In this document: piece by piece, positions 9,969-18,829 of the stretch
How positions within the stretch are numbered: position 1 is the stretch's first letter
Layout: each line of letters starts with the position of its first letter
Notes under the pieces: generated by a model
What the model was told of the DNA's origin: nothing
Database searches by the model: none
What the model saw: the letters and a program-made list of their open reading frames with translations, nothing else
Translations under genes and position numbers: made by a program
Assembly: GCA_034927265.1 (NCBI GenBank)
Contig: JAYFQH010000026.1
Location: forward strand, 2,220 to 66,219
Length of the DNA: 64,000 bases
Source: Paludibacter sp.
Lineage (GTDB): Bacteria > Bacteroidota > Bacteroidia > Bacteroidales > Paludibacteraceae
Direction of reading: 5' to 3'

Positions 9969-11513
9969 ATGAAGAATTATTTTCTGGCTTCGGCCGCCGT
10001 ATTGAGTCTGACTGCCTGCCATCAGCAGAAGATTAATAAACAGCCCAACATCATTTTTATGATGACGGACGACCATACCACTCAGGCCATGACCTGTTAC
10101 GGAGGCACTTTGTTGCAAACACCCAACCTCGACAGAATTGCCAATGAGGGAATCCGCTTCGATCATTGTTATGTTACCAACGCACTTTCCGGTCCGTCGA
10201 GGGCTTGCATCCTTACCGGTAAATTCAGTCATGTAAATGGCTTCAAAGATAATGCTTCGGTGTTTGATGGCAGTCAGCAGACTTTCCCGAAACTCTTGCA
10301 AAAAGCCGGTTACCAGACAGCAATGATAGGGAAGTGGCATCTTATTTCAAAGCCTGAAGGGTTTGATTACTGGAGCATTCTTACCGGCGATCATGAACAG
10401 GGACATTATTACCAGCCTGAATTTAATGAAAATGGTAAGGTCATTACTGAAAAAGGTTATGTGACCGATATCGTAACTGATAAAACAATCCGTTTCCTTG
10501 AAAAAAGAGATAGGTCGAAGCCCTTTTGCATCATGTACCATCAGAAAGCACCGCATCGCAACTGGATGCCTGCCCAGCGACATCTTGGAAAATTTAACGA
10601 TGTGGTTTTTAAAGAACCGGTGAATCTGTTCGATAATTATGAAACCCGTTCAAGAGCTGCATCGGAACAGGATATGAATATCGAAAATACGATGAAGGAA
10701 CGTTGGGATCTGAAAATTGCCACTCCCGAAGAACTCCGCGATACGACCCTGAAAGATAAGTTTTACGAGGCATATCACCGTATGACACCTGAGGAACAGA
10801 AGAGATGGGATGAAGCCTATGCTCCGAGAATCAAAGAGTACAGGGAAAACAAACTTACCGGCAAAGATCTGGTGCGCTGGAAATATCAACAGTATATGCG
10901 CGATTATCTTGCTACTACTCTGGCGGTGGATGATAATGTGGGACGCCTGCTTAAATATCTGGAAGATATAGGCGAACTGGATAATACCATCATCGTATAT
11001 ACTTCAGATCAGGGCTTTTTCCTCGGTGAACATGGCTGGTTCGATAAACGCTTTATGTATGAGGAATGTCAGCGCATGCCTTTACTGATTCGTTATCCCA
11101 AGCTGATACAACCTGGTTCAAAAAGCGATGCACTTTGTATGAATGTTGATTTTGCACCTACTCTGCTCGATATGGCAGGTGTGAAAGTGCCCGGTGATAT
11201 GCAGGGAAAATCTTTGCTGTCTGTTTTGAAGAATAAGGGTGAAATACCCGAGAACTGGCGAAAGGCGGTATATTATCATTATTATGAATATCCTGCCGAA
11301 CACAGTGTGAAAAGACATTACGGTATCCGTACGCGCGACTATAAACTCATCCATTTTTATAATGATATTGACGAATGGGAAATGTATGACCTGCAGAAAG
11401 ATCCGCTGGAGATGAATAATATATATAACAATCAGCTATATTTAACAAAAAGAGAGGAGCTGGTGCAGCTGCTGAAACAGATGCGAGCTTCTTATAATGA
11501 TACAACCGAATAA
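9969..11513 (+). CDS. Sulfatase (S1 family, Ser-type) lipoprotein
   Basis: Lipobox LSLTAC, NIIFMMTDDH, and the signature S-G-P-S-R-A-C-I-L-T-G-K (nt 10188-10202). A C-terminal extension of the kind seen in GlcNAc-6-sulfatase-like enzymes is present. Confidence 0.9.
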   Translation: MKNYFLASAAVLSLTACHQQKINKQPNIIFMMTDDHTTQAMTCYGGTLLQTPNLDRIANEGIRFDHCYVTNALSGPSRACILTGKFSHVNGFKDNASVFDGSQQTFPKLLQKAGYQTAMIGKWHLISKPEGFDYWSILTGDHEQGHYYQPEFNENGKVITEKGYVTDIVTDKTIRFLEKRDRSKPFCIMYHQKAPHRNWMPAQRHLGKFNDVVFKEPVNLFDNYETRSRAASEQDMNIENTMKERWDLKIATPEELRDTTLKDKFYEAYHRMTPEEQKRWDEAYAPRIKEYRENKLTGKDLVRWKYQQYMRDYLATTLAVDDNVGRLLKYLEDIGELDNTIIVYTSDQGFFLGEHGWFDKRFMYEECQRMPLLIRYPKLIQPGSKSDALCMNVDFAPTLLDMAGVKVPGDMQGKSLLSVLKNKGEIPENWRKAVYYHYYEYPAEHSVKRHYGIRTRDYKLIHFYNDIDEWEMYDLQKDPLEMNNIYNNQLYLTKREELVQLLKQMRASYNDTTE

Positions 11514-11526
11514 TAATTAATCCAAC

Positions 11527-13158
11527 ATGACAAATATGAAAACAATTTTCGTTCGACTGAATGTCTTACTTGCCATGGTGACATTCCTTTCAGCCTGTGG
11601 TGAAAAAAAAAATGCGCCTGCGGCTGAAACTTCCCTGGCCAACGATTCCATGAATATCTATTTTGGAGATATACATAACCACTGTAACCTGACTTATGGT
11701 CATGGTGATATGCGTGACGCTTTTGAAGCGGCCCGTCAGCAACTCGATTTTGTGTCGGTTACTCCTCATGCGGCATGGCCCGACATACCCGGTAAGGACG
11801 ATGCCCGTCTATCATGGGTCATCGATTACCATACCTCTGCTTTTAAGCGTTTGCGTGAAACCGGATGGAAGGAATATGTGAAGATGACTAATGAGTATAA
11901 CAAAGAAGGTGAATTCCTGACTTTCCTGAGTTATGAGTATCATAGCATGAAATATGGTGATCATGTAGCGTTGACTTATCGCCTCGATGCGCCACTGGTA
12001 GAAGCAACTTCCATTCCTGATCTGAAGGATAAGCTGAAAGGAGAAAAGGCTTTTGTAACTCCACATCATATGGGTTATCAGGAAGGATTCAGAGGTTATA
12101 ACTGGAATTTCTTCAAAGAAAGTAAAACACCTTTTGTTGAAATATTTTCCCGTCACGGACTGGCGGAAGAAGATCTTGGTGATTTTCCTAATCTGCATGA
12201 CATGGGACCACGCAATTATGAAGGTACCATGCTTTACGGACTGAATAAAGGATATAAGTTCGGGGTTATCGGCTCCACCGACCAACATGCGGGCTATCCC
12301 GGAAGTTATGGCGACGGACTTATTGCTGTTGTAGCACCGACCAACAGTCGCGCCGATATTTGGGAAGCGATGGAAAAACGTCATGTATATTGCGTTACAG
12401 GTGATAAGATTAAACTTGATTTCAGAATAAATAACGCCATCATGGGCGACGAAATCAATGGAAACAAACGTAACATCAGCGTAAAGGTAGAAGGACAGAA
12501 TTTTATCGATTATGTGGATATCATCAAGAATGGAAAAAGACTGACCCGCATCAATGTGCCTTTTAGCAGCACAGAACCGAAGACTGATATGGTACGAGCC
12601 AAAATAAAGGTGGAATTCGGTTGGAACCGCTTTGAGGAACCGGTACATTGGCTGGGTAACCTAAGCATCAACGAAGGCGAAATTCACAGCGTGACTCCCT
12701 GTTTCAGGGGAGCAGCGTACACATCCCCACAGAAAGATAAGATTGGCAAAACAGATTTGCATGGCACACTGGTCAATCGTATTACCGGTCGCAGCGATAA
12801 AAAAGTAGAGCTGGATATGTTCACCACCAAAAACCCGAATACGCTGACTGCGGCAACACAAGCGGTTATCCTCGATGTTACCATGCCCCGAAATACCAAA
12901 CTGACGGCGAACTTCAACGGAAAAACTTTCAGCTATACCATGGATCAATTGTTACGTGGCACTTATTCAAACTTTATGATTGGCTGGTTGAGTGAAGCCA
13001 TACAGTTCCATCGCGCTGCCACTGAAGAAGTGTATAAGATTGAATACACTATGACCGATGATGCACCCGAGAAAGATACCGATTACTATTATGTGCGTGT
13101 CCGTCAGAGGGATAATAACTGGGCATTCAGTTCCGCAATCTGGGTAAATAAAGAATAA
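11527..13158 (+). CDS. PHP/CehA-McbA-like metallohydrolase lipoprotein of unknown function
   Basis: Lipobox FLSAC. A GDIHNH metal-binding start, later His clusters (TPHA, TPHHMGY, GSTDQHAGYP) and RHVYCVTGDKI resemble PHP-superfamily (DUF3604/CehA-like) hydrolases. It is the last gene of the sulfatase/lyase operon. Confidence 0.55.
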   Translation: MTNMKTIFVRLNVLLAMVTFLSACGEKKNAPAAETSLANDSMNIYFGDIHNHCNLTYGHGDMRDAFEAARQQLDFVSVTPHAAWPDIPGKDDARLSWVIDYHTSAFKRLRETGWKEYVKMTNEYNKEGEFLTFLSYEYHSMKYGDHVALTYRLDAPLVEATSIPDLKDKLKGEKAFVTPHHMGYQEGFRGYNWNFFKESKTPFVEIFSRHGLAEEDLGDFPNLHDMGPRNYEGTMLYGLNKGYKFGVIGSTDQHAGYPGSYGDGLIAVVAPTNSRADIWEAMEKRHVYCVTGDKIKLDFRINNAIMGDEINGNKRNISVKVEGQNFIDYVDIIKNGKRLTRINVPFSSTEPKTDMVRAKIKVEFGWNRFEEPVHWLGNLSINEGEIHSVTPCFRGAAYTSPQKDKIGKTDLHGTLVNRITGRSDKKVELDMFTTKNPNTLTAATQAVILDVTMPRNTKLTANFNGKTFSYTMDQLLRGTYSNFMIGWLSEAIQFHRAATEEVYKIEYTMTDDAPEKDTDYYYVRVRQRDNNWAFSSAIWVNKE

Positions 13159-13221
13159 TAATACGAATCAGTAGTAGAAAGGTTATTATCAAAAGTATTT
13201 GAAAAAAGAGCAAATGTGTTA

Positions 13222-13432
13222 TTGCTTCGTTTACGAAGCAAAGTTTTGTAACTAGTAAGCTTGCTTACTGGGATATGGATAATACTCAACTTTTTATCTT
13301 TCTGCTTCCGTAGGAAGCAAACTTCATACGCTATGAGTTCGCTGCCTATGGCAGCAGAGTGTTGTGTGGGTTTGCTCTTTCCAGTAAGCAAGCTTACTGG
13401 TTACAAAGCTTTTCTTCCTACGGAAGCAGGAA
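13222..13432. repeat. Array of six short perfect hairpins of two related types in a ~380 bp intergenic region
   Basis: 13222-13241 ttgcttcg/ttta/cgaagcaa. 13254-13269 agtaagc/tt/gcttact. ~13304-13320 tgcttcc/gta/ggaagca. ~13341-13356 gctgcc/tat/ggcagc. 13381-13400 ccagtaagc/aa/gcttactgg. ~13414-13426 cttcc/tac/ggaag. The units at 13243-13272 and 13381-13409 are about 27/29 identical in inverted orientation. Confidence 0.7.
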
Positions 13433-13541
13433 GAAAAAACAATTTTAAGTCCTGATTCACATTAATAATTAAGATTTCCTGTGTTTTTTTAAACAATATC
13501 ATTACTCTTTGGGTTAATAATATTGTTTAAATAATACAGCA

Positions 13542-14105
13542 ATGGGAAATACAAAAGAATTATCGCCCGAACATCGCGAAGAACTTATCAAGGTTCTAAA
13601 AAACCGTTTTGAAAAAAACATGCCCCGTCATAAAGGTATCGATTGGGCAAAAGTACAGGCAAAGCTCGAAGCGAAGGCCGAAAAGTTGTGGTCGCTCGAT
13701 GAAATGGAAAGCACCGGTGGAGAACCGGATGTGATCGGTTATGATGAAAAAACAGGTGAATACCTTTTCTGCGACTGTGCGCCTGAAAGTCCGAAAGGCC
13801 GGCGGAGTCTCTGCTACGACCGCGATGCCTGGGAGTCGAGAAAAGAATTCAAACCTGAGAATAATGTCGTGGATGTAGCTGCAGAAATGGGCATTGAACT
13901 TTTGACGGAAGATCAATACCGGGCTTTACAGGAATTAGGCAAGTTTGACCTGAAAACCTCCAGTTGGGTGAAAACCCCGGCAGAGATCAGAAAACATGGA
14001 GGCGCTATCTTTTGTGATCGCCGCTACGAACATGTTTTCATGTATCACAACGGAGCCGAATCTTATTATGCAGCCCGAGGTTTCCGCGGTTTGCTGAGGG
14101 TCTGA
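13542..14105 (+). CDS. DUF4256-like conserved hypothetical protein
   Basis: 187 aa cytoplasmic protein. I recognise the overall sequence pattern (STGGEPDV...CDCAPESP...CYD...YHNGAESYYA) as the DUF4256 family, from memory only. Confidence 0.5.
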   Translation: MGNTKELSPEHREELIKVLKNRFEKNMPRHKGIDWAKVQAKLEAKAEKLWSLDEMESTGGEPDVIGYDEKTGEYLFCDCAPESPKGRRSLCYDRDAWESRKEFKPENNVVDVAAEMGIELLTEDQYRALQELGKFDLKTSSWVKTPAEIRKHGGAIFCDRRYEHVFMYHNGAESYYAARGFRGLLRV

Positions 14106-14111
14106 TTTTCA

Positions 14112-14525
14112 ATGGAGAATGATAGCGGCTCTTACATACTTCTTTTTGATGGCGTGTGCAATTTATGCACTGGCATCGTGAAATTCGTCATCAAAAGAGA
14201 CAGAAGGAAAGTGTTCCGATTTGCTGCCCTGCAATCTCAGAGCGGTCAGGCTTTACTCAAAAAGTTTGATTTGCCGGTTGCTGATTTCGATACTTTCGTT
14301 CTTATCATTGGAGATAAATACTACACCAAATCAACAGCGGTGCTTCATGTGCTGAAAGCATTGGGAGGAGGTTGGAAAATGCTTTATATCCTGTATCAAA
14401 TTATTCCTCAATCACTGAGGAATTTCATCTACAACAAGGTTGCCGGAACGCGCTATCGTATCTTTGGAAAAAAAGAAACCTGCCTTGTTCCGTCGCAGGA
14501 AATCAAAGACAGGTTTTTAGAATAA
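14112..14525 (+). CDS. Thiol-disulfide oxidoreductase, DCC family (DUF393)
   Basis: N-terminal FDGVCNLC motif (D-x-x-C-x-x-C) and ~135 aa size are typical of DCC proteins. Confidence 0.75.
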   Translation: MENDSGSYILLFDGVCNLCTGIVKFVIKRDRRKVFRFAALQSQSGQALLKKFDLPVADFDTFVLIIGDKYYTKSTAVLHVLKALGGGWKMLYILYQIIPQSLRNFIYNKVAGTRYRIFGKKETCLVPSQEIKDRFLE

Positions 14526-14590
14526 ATGTTTTCAAAGTGAATTGTTTGAAACTAAATAAATTATTGTTAGACTACTCCTATGGAGTAAAC

Positions 14591-15619
14591 CTACTGATAT
14601 TGTATATAAATAGGCTTCGGAACCAGTTTCATCAGTTCTTCGGGTTTTAGCATCCGGTTGGGCGATTGCTTCAGATCGTTCTTGTAAAAAAGCTTGAATC
14701 CGGTGAACTGCACAGGTTCGCGATAAACATAGCGTTTGTAAGTGTTGTTCTTCAGCGCCGGAGCACCCCATCCATCCATATTGATCACGATTTGTACTTC
14801 GGGATGCAGTTTGATTTGATGGTAATTTTTGATCATTCCCTGCGTAAAACGGTGAACAATAAGAATCTTTGGTGGTAGTTTGTGTGTGCGTACCAGTTTT
14901 GCCAGATAGTCGCTGCAATAGTTGATGTCCGAAGCATCCATCCAACCGATCTTTGTTCCCGGTTTGTTACCTTCTTTCATCGAAAATTCAGGGTCGATGC
15001 CCAGATGAACCTGTGGCATCATCAGGTATTTCTCTAACAGCGGTACCTCATTTTGTACCTTACTCAATGCTACCTGAATATCCAGAAATACAATTGCATC
15101 TCCCATGCGGGCGATACTGATTGCCGAGTCAATCTGCGCCTGAGGCATCCGGGTGCGGTACATCCCGTCTTTGAGTGGACTGCCCTGAGCTACCACTGCA
15201 ATATAATGAATGGCCGGTTGTACAGGTGTAGCAGGGTCGGCGAGTTTCCATGCTTCGAGTTCGGCATTCAGTCTATGCCATAATTCAGCAGGCGGATATT
15301 CTCCAAGGATTCCCATCCGGTTTGAATACAGATTCCCGTAGTAAGCAACGATTCTTTTATAAGGAAGAATGGCTCCTGCGTAGGGATATGGCTGTTTTTT
15401 TACCGGCCACAAACCGGTGGTGTCGCCATTGGCCAGGGCCTGAATTTTTTGTTGATACACAAGAGTGTCGACAATGGAAATCTCTTCCTTCTCCTCAATA
15501 ACTTCTGTCAACTCTTTAATAAATGTTTTGACAGTTTTCTTTTTATTTTCATCGGAGGAACATCCTGTTATCATCAGTAGGATGCAAACTGAAAACAGAG
15601 CAAAGTGTTTTCTTGTCAT
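14591..15619 (-). CDS. Hypothetical lipoprotein
   Basis: Lipobox LLMITGC and a 342 aa ORF with good coding appearance. I recognised no family. Confidence 0.6.
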   Translation of the reverse strand: MTRKHFALFSVCILLMITGCSSDENKKKTVKTFIKELTEVIEEKEEISIVDTLVYQQKIQALANGDTTGLWPVKKQPYPYAGAILPYKRIVAYYGNLYSNRMGILGEYPPAELWHRLNAELEAWKLADPATPVQPAIHYIAVVAQGSPLKDGMYRTRMPQAQIDSAISIARMGDAIVFLDIQVALSKVQNEVPLLEKYLMMPQVHLGIDPEFSMKEGNKPGTKIGWMDASDINYCSDYLAKLVRTHKLPPKILIVHRFTQGMIKNYHQIKLHPEVQIVINMDGWGAPALKNNTYKRYVYREPVQFTGFKLFYKNDLKQSPNRMLKPEELMKLVPKPIYIQYQ

Positions 15620-15632
15620 AGTACTAAATAAG

Positions 15633-16022
15633 TTATTTCCTGAGTTCCACTATTTGTACCTGAGCTGCTCCATCAGTTGATTTTATTTTTTGATATTTTG
15701 CTTTACTTTCAACTACTATCCATGTTTTGACAAAGTCAGATTCTTGTCCGTTGATAGTAAGCAGGTTGTCTTTCAGTGTCCAGCTGAAAGGAGTTTTGTC
15801 TTCTTTTTGAGCCCCGAGAATGGAAAATGAAAGATCTTTTACACCGGTTCCGTTTTTCTGAAAAGTAATGGTGCCAATATTTTTAGCTGACATTGTTTCG
15901 TTACCCTGTGTTATTGTCTGAAAACTTTCAACTTTCCAAACGCCAACAATTTTAGGTGAGCAAGAAGAGAAAATAGCCATAATACTCAATAAAACAAAGA
16001 AGTTCATTGTTACTTTTTTCAT
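15633..16022 (-). CDS. Lipocalin-like small lipoprotein
   Basis: The internal ATG at 16022 gives MKKVTMNFFVLLSIMAIFSSC (lipobox). VGVWKVESF...LTINGQ...WIVVE is a typical lipocalin-like beta-barrel pattern in Bacteroidota. Confidence 0.6.
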   Translation of the reverse strand: MKKVTMNFFVLLSIMAIFSSCSPKIVGVWKVESFQTITQGNETMSAKNIGTITFQKNGTGVKDLSFSILGAQKEDKTPFSWTLKDNLLTINGQESDFVKTWIVVESKAKYQKIKSTDGAAQVQIVELRK

Positions 16023-16126
16023 ATGATTATAACTTTTAGTCATTCCTACTCTCAGGGTTTTCGGACTTTCCCCCTTTTATAGATGTGTGGTCATCATTAC
16101 ACTATTATAAATCACTTAATAAACTA

Positions 16127-16134
16127 CAAAAATA
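16127..16134 (-). promoter_or_regulatory. Candidate Bacteroidota -7 box (TATTTTTG on the - strand)
   Basis: Matches TAnnTTTG, about 90 nt upstream of the lipocalin-like gene start. Confidence 0.3.
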
Positions 16135-16164
16135 TATAAAAACATGTAGGATGCAAATTTTATT

Positions 16165-18462
16165 TTAAAACGGATATCCTATGGCGATATTCAGCATCAG
16201 ATTTTCTCTTCTCCAATCGGCTTTGAAAGGATTGATTTCATTAACCACCCAACGATCGGCAGATGGCAACCAGGGCTTACGCAGCGGTGTTGCCAGATCG
16301 AAGCGCAACACAAAGAAGGATACATCCAGTCGTAGTCCGATGCCGGAACCCACTGCCATTTCGCTCAGAAAACTGTTAAGCCGGAACGGATTGCCCAGAT
16401 TTACCGGATTGGAAGCCTGTAGCCATACATTGCCCGCATCCACAAAGAGAGCTCCTTTCAGAAAACTGTAGATGTCGAAACGGTATTCAGCATTAATTTC
16501 TATTTTTATATCACCACCTGTTTGCAGAAATCCCCCAGTAGTCTGCTGCTGATAATCGCCAGGTCCAAGAGAATTAATTGCAAAGGCTCTTACACTGTTG
16601 GGACCACCGCTGAAGAATTGCCGGCTGTAGGGTAGGGAGGCCGAATTGCCAAAGGCTTTCCCTGCTCCGGCGTAGAAACGCATTGCCAGCTTATCTTTGT
16701 TGCCAATATTTATGTAGGTTCTGGCATCGGCATCCAGCCGTACAAACTGTGAATACACCATTCCGAGGATAGTGCCGGGATGATCCGGTGACGGATGGTT
16801 GCCGCTAATGCTGTTGATCAGCGAAAAGAGCCCTCCTGCCGATTCGGCACGCAACTGAAGAAAATGCTGAGCAACTTTCTCTGTTGTTGATGGATCATTA
16901 TACGTGAATGAATAGCTCTCGCCCGCTACAAATTGTTCATCATAGCTTTTTTTCAGGTAAGGATTTGCTACCAGCAAGGCCTTAAAATCATCCGATTCGT
17001 TACTCAGCGATGTGTTGCTGATATTTATCGGTGTCAGTTCATGGGTTATCCGGGCATTTTTCTTCCATTTATATCCATAACTGAACAACAAAGAGTTCAT
17101 GTCGAAATAGTTGACTCTTTTGATGTAATTATAGGCAAAAGCAAAACGCGTTTGAGGAGTGTATATATTGTGTGATGGTTTCAGTTGGAAAGGAACCAAT
17201 AGCCGGGGGAAGGTGAGTTCCAGCTGGGGATTGAAGGTGTAGGAGAACAGACCTTTGTTGATTGCATTAAGCTGTGCCTCGAACGATCCGGCCATGTTGA
17301 GTTTCAGTTGTTCAGAACCGCCGAAGGTGTTGCGGTTCAGCAGACTCACATTCATCCGCGGACCTGTATAGTTATTTGATTTTGTTACGAGTTCCATTTC
17401 TGCCCTGAAAGTGTTGATGGGGAGTGGGGTCAGTAGGATGGCAACATCCAGCAAACCTGTGCTGTCGTTGTCGGTGAACTTCATCTGTACAAATTTGAAA
17501 TTACCCATCGACATCAGGCGATTCAGGGTGATGTTGTGGTCGCGGCGGTTGTAGAGCTCATCTTTTTTAAGATAAACTGCCCGCAGAATGACTTCGGGAC
17601 GAATAACCGGTTTGTTTTTATTCCTCAGGAAAATCACGTCGTCAAATAGAGTGGTATCCTGACTTGTGTTTACATTATCAAGTGAGTAATGCTGGTCGAT
17701 TGTGATCCGTCCGATACGCTGTGTATGTAGCGCATTGGCATGTGTTTCTGTTTTCAGGCCAAGTCGCAATGTCATCTCTTCGTTAGTCGTGTCGGCTTCA
17801 AAGATCAGATAATCAGGGTTGAAATAGAAATATCCGCTGTCTTTCAATATCTCATCGATGCGGTTTCTTTCGTTTTGCAGGTTTTCGAGCCGGTAAACAT
17901 CACCTTTTTTAATCACAGCGTTTTTCTTCTCCGATAGAATGAGTCCGTTGAGAGTACTGTCAGCAATTACAATCTGATAATTTTTTATTTTATATGGTTG
18001 ATGAATGTGCGAAGTGTAAATAATTTTTGCGGTATGCTCTTTTTCCTTAATCTCATAGGTCGTTTTACTGTTAAAGATTCCGAGGTTGAATAATTTTGCA
18101 TCAATAATAGCAGCAGTAACCGATGGTTTCACATCGCTTAATAACACCGGGGCTTCCCCGTTTTTCCTCATCCATTGCCTGATTTTTCCCTTTGGATTTT
18201 CTCCGGTACTCATATACAACCATAACCTGGGCCGCATGCCTAATACACTGCTGTTGGGTTGCGGTCGTACAGCCTCATCAACCACCGGTTTGATTTGCCG
18301 GGCATCCACTTTCTCATCACTCACAAGATTCGTCACTGCACCAACATACAACTTTTCGTCCGCAGGCAGGTGTTTCGTTCCGCTGCAACCGGATAGGAGG
18401 AGCAGGAGAACAAATAGTTGAGAGTTGAAAGTTGAGAGTTGAGAGTTATTTTTTTTCAACAT
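16165..18462 (-). CDS. tamL: Omp85-family translocation and assembly module outer-membrane protein (TamA/TamL type, lipidated)
   Basis: The C-terminal Omp85/surface antigen barrel has GGPNSVRAF, EINAEYRF and FVDAGNVW motifs. A lipobox LLLSGC is present, and the gene lies immediately downstream of tamB. The start ATG lies inside the 3' end of the four-helix-bundle gene. Confidence 0.8.
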   Translation of the reverse strand: MLKKNNSQLSTFNSQLFVLLLLLSGCSGTKHLPADEKLYVGAVTNLVSDEKVDARQIKPVVDEAVRPQPNSSVLGMRPRLWLYMSTGENPKGKIRQWMRKNGEAPVLLSDVKPSVTAAIIDAKLFNLGIFNSKTTYEIKEKEHTAKIIYTSHIHQPYKIKNYQIVIADSTLNGLILSEKKNAVIKKGDVYRLENLQNERNRIDEILKDSGYFYFNPDYLIFEADTTNEEMTLRLGLKTETHANALHTQRIGRITIDQHYSLDNVNTSQDTTLFDDVIFLRNKNKPVIRPEVILRAVYLKKDELYNRRDHNITLNRLMSMGNFKFVQMKFTDNDSTGLLDVAILLTPLPINTFRAEMELVTKSNNYTGPRMNVSLLNRNTFGGSEQLKLNMAGSFEAQLNAINKGLFSYTFNPQLELTFPRLLVPFQLKPSHNIYTPQTRFAFAYNYIKRVNYFDMNSLLFSYGYKWKKNARITHELTPINISNTSLSNESDDFKALLVANPYLKKSYDEQFVAGESYSFTYNDPSTTEKVAQHFLQLRAESAGGLFSLINSISGNHPSPDHPGTILGMVYSQFVRLDADARTYINIGNKDKLAMRFYAGAGKAFGNSASLPYSRQFFSGGPNSVRAFAINSLGPGDYQQQTTGGFLQTGGDIKIEINAEYRFDIYSFLKGALFVDAGNVWLQASNPVNLGNPFRLNSFLSEMAVGSGIGLRLDVSFFVLRFDLATPLRKPWLPSADRWVVNEINPFKADWRRENLMLNIAIGYPF
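18417..18447. repeat. Tandem heptamer array GTTGARA x4.4 (left arm of the cassette)
   Basis: Reads gttgaga gttgaaa gttgaga gttgaga gtt. It is the reverse complement of the TTCAACT-type units at 18830-18864, and is translated as the NSQLSTFNSQL part of the TamL signal-peptide n-region. Confidence 0.85.
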
Positions 18463-18805
18463 TATTTTTTGATGTTTTTACAATACTTGCTAATAAGCGG
18501 ATGAGTTCATCGCAATTATTATGTATTGAAGTATATGTTTTATCATTTAAATAATCACTGTCTTTTAAAAGCATTAGCCAATATTCTGTTTCGTTTGCTT
18601 CCTTCAGAGCTATATTCATTTTGCTGATAAAATCAGCTTTCGATTGAGCATGTTCAGCCTCCTTTATCAAGGCACCAATAGCCGTTCCACTCCGCAACAT
18701 TTGTTTCGATAAAATAAATTCATGTTGCTCTTTTGTCAAATACTTGTATGCCTTTACTATCCGTAGTGCAAATGCATACGATTTCTCTCCAACAATACTC
18801 TTCAT
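18446..18805 (-). CDS. Four-helix-bundle protein (23S rRNA intervening-sequence protein family)
   Basis: 119 aa. The pattern YAFALRIVKAYKYL...RSGTAIGALIKEAEHAQSKADFISKMNIALKEANETEYWLMLL is characteristic of the S23p/IVS four-helix-bundle family. Confidence 0.85.
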   Translation of the reverse strand: MKSIVGEKSYAFALRIVKAYKYLTKEQHEFILSKQMLRSGTAIGALIKEAEHAQSKADFISKMNIALKEANETEYWLMLLKDSDYLNDKTYTSIHNNCDELIRLLASIVKTSKNNVEKK

Positions 18806-18829
18806 AATTATAGGTTTTAAATATTAATT

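Noticed and set aside
11812-12648. A 278 aa ORF on the - strand, entirely inside the PHP-like gene
   Set aside because: It is antisense to a well-supported CDS and has no signal, motif or start context. Long antisense ORFs like this arise by chance. The same reasoning applies to 40297-40824, 52122-52580, 53201-53731, 56766-57296, 36998-37450 and 9951-10340.
13104-13455. Two overlapping small ORFs (13104-13391 - and 13261-13455 +) across the intergenic region
   Set aside because: They are translations of the hairpin array. The palindromes give mirror-image peptides such as SKLTSYK and SKLTGYK on both strands, which marks them as structured DNA/RNA rather than coding sequence.
14532-14945. A 137 aa ORF on the - strand overlapping the 3' part of the 342 aa lipoprotein gene in another frame
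   Set aside because: It is out of frame with a longer, better-supported ORF on the same strand. It is Ser/Thr/Gln/Arg-rich with low complexity, and its start lies inside the neighbour.
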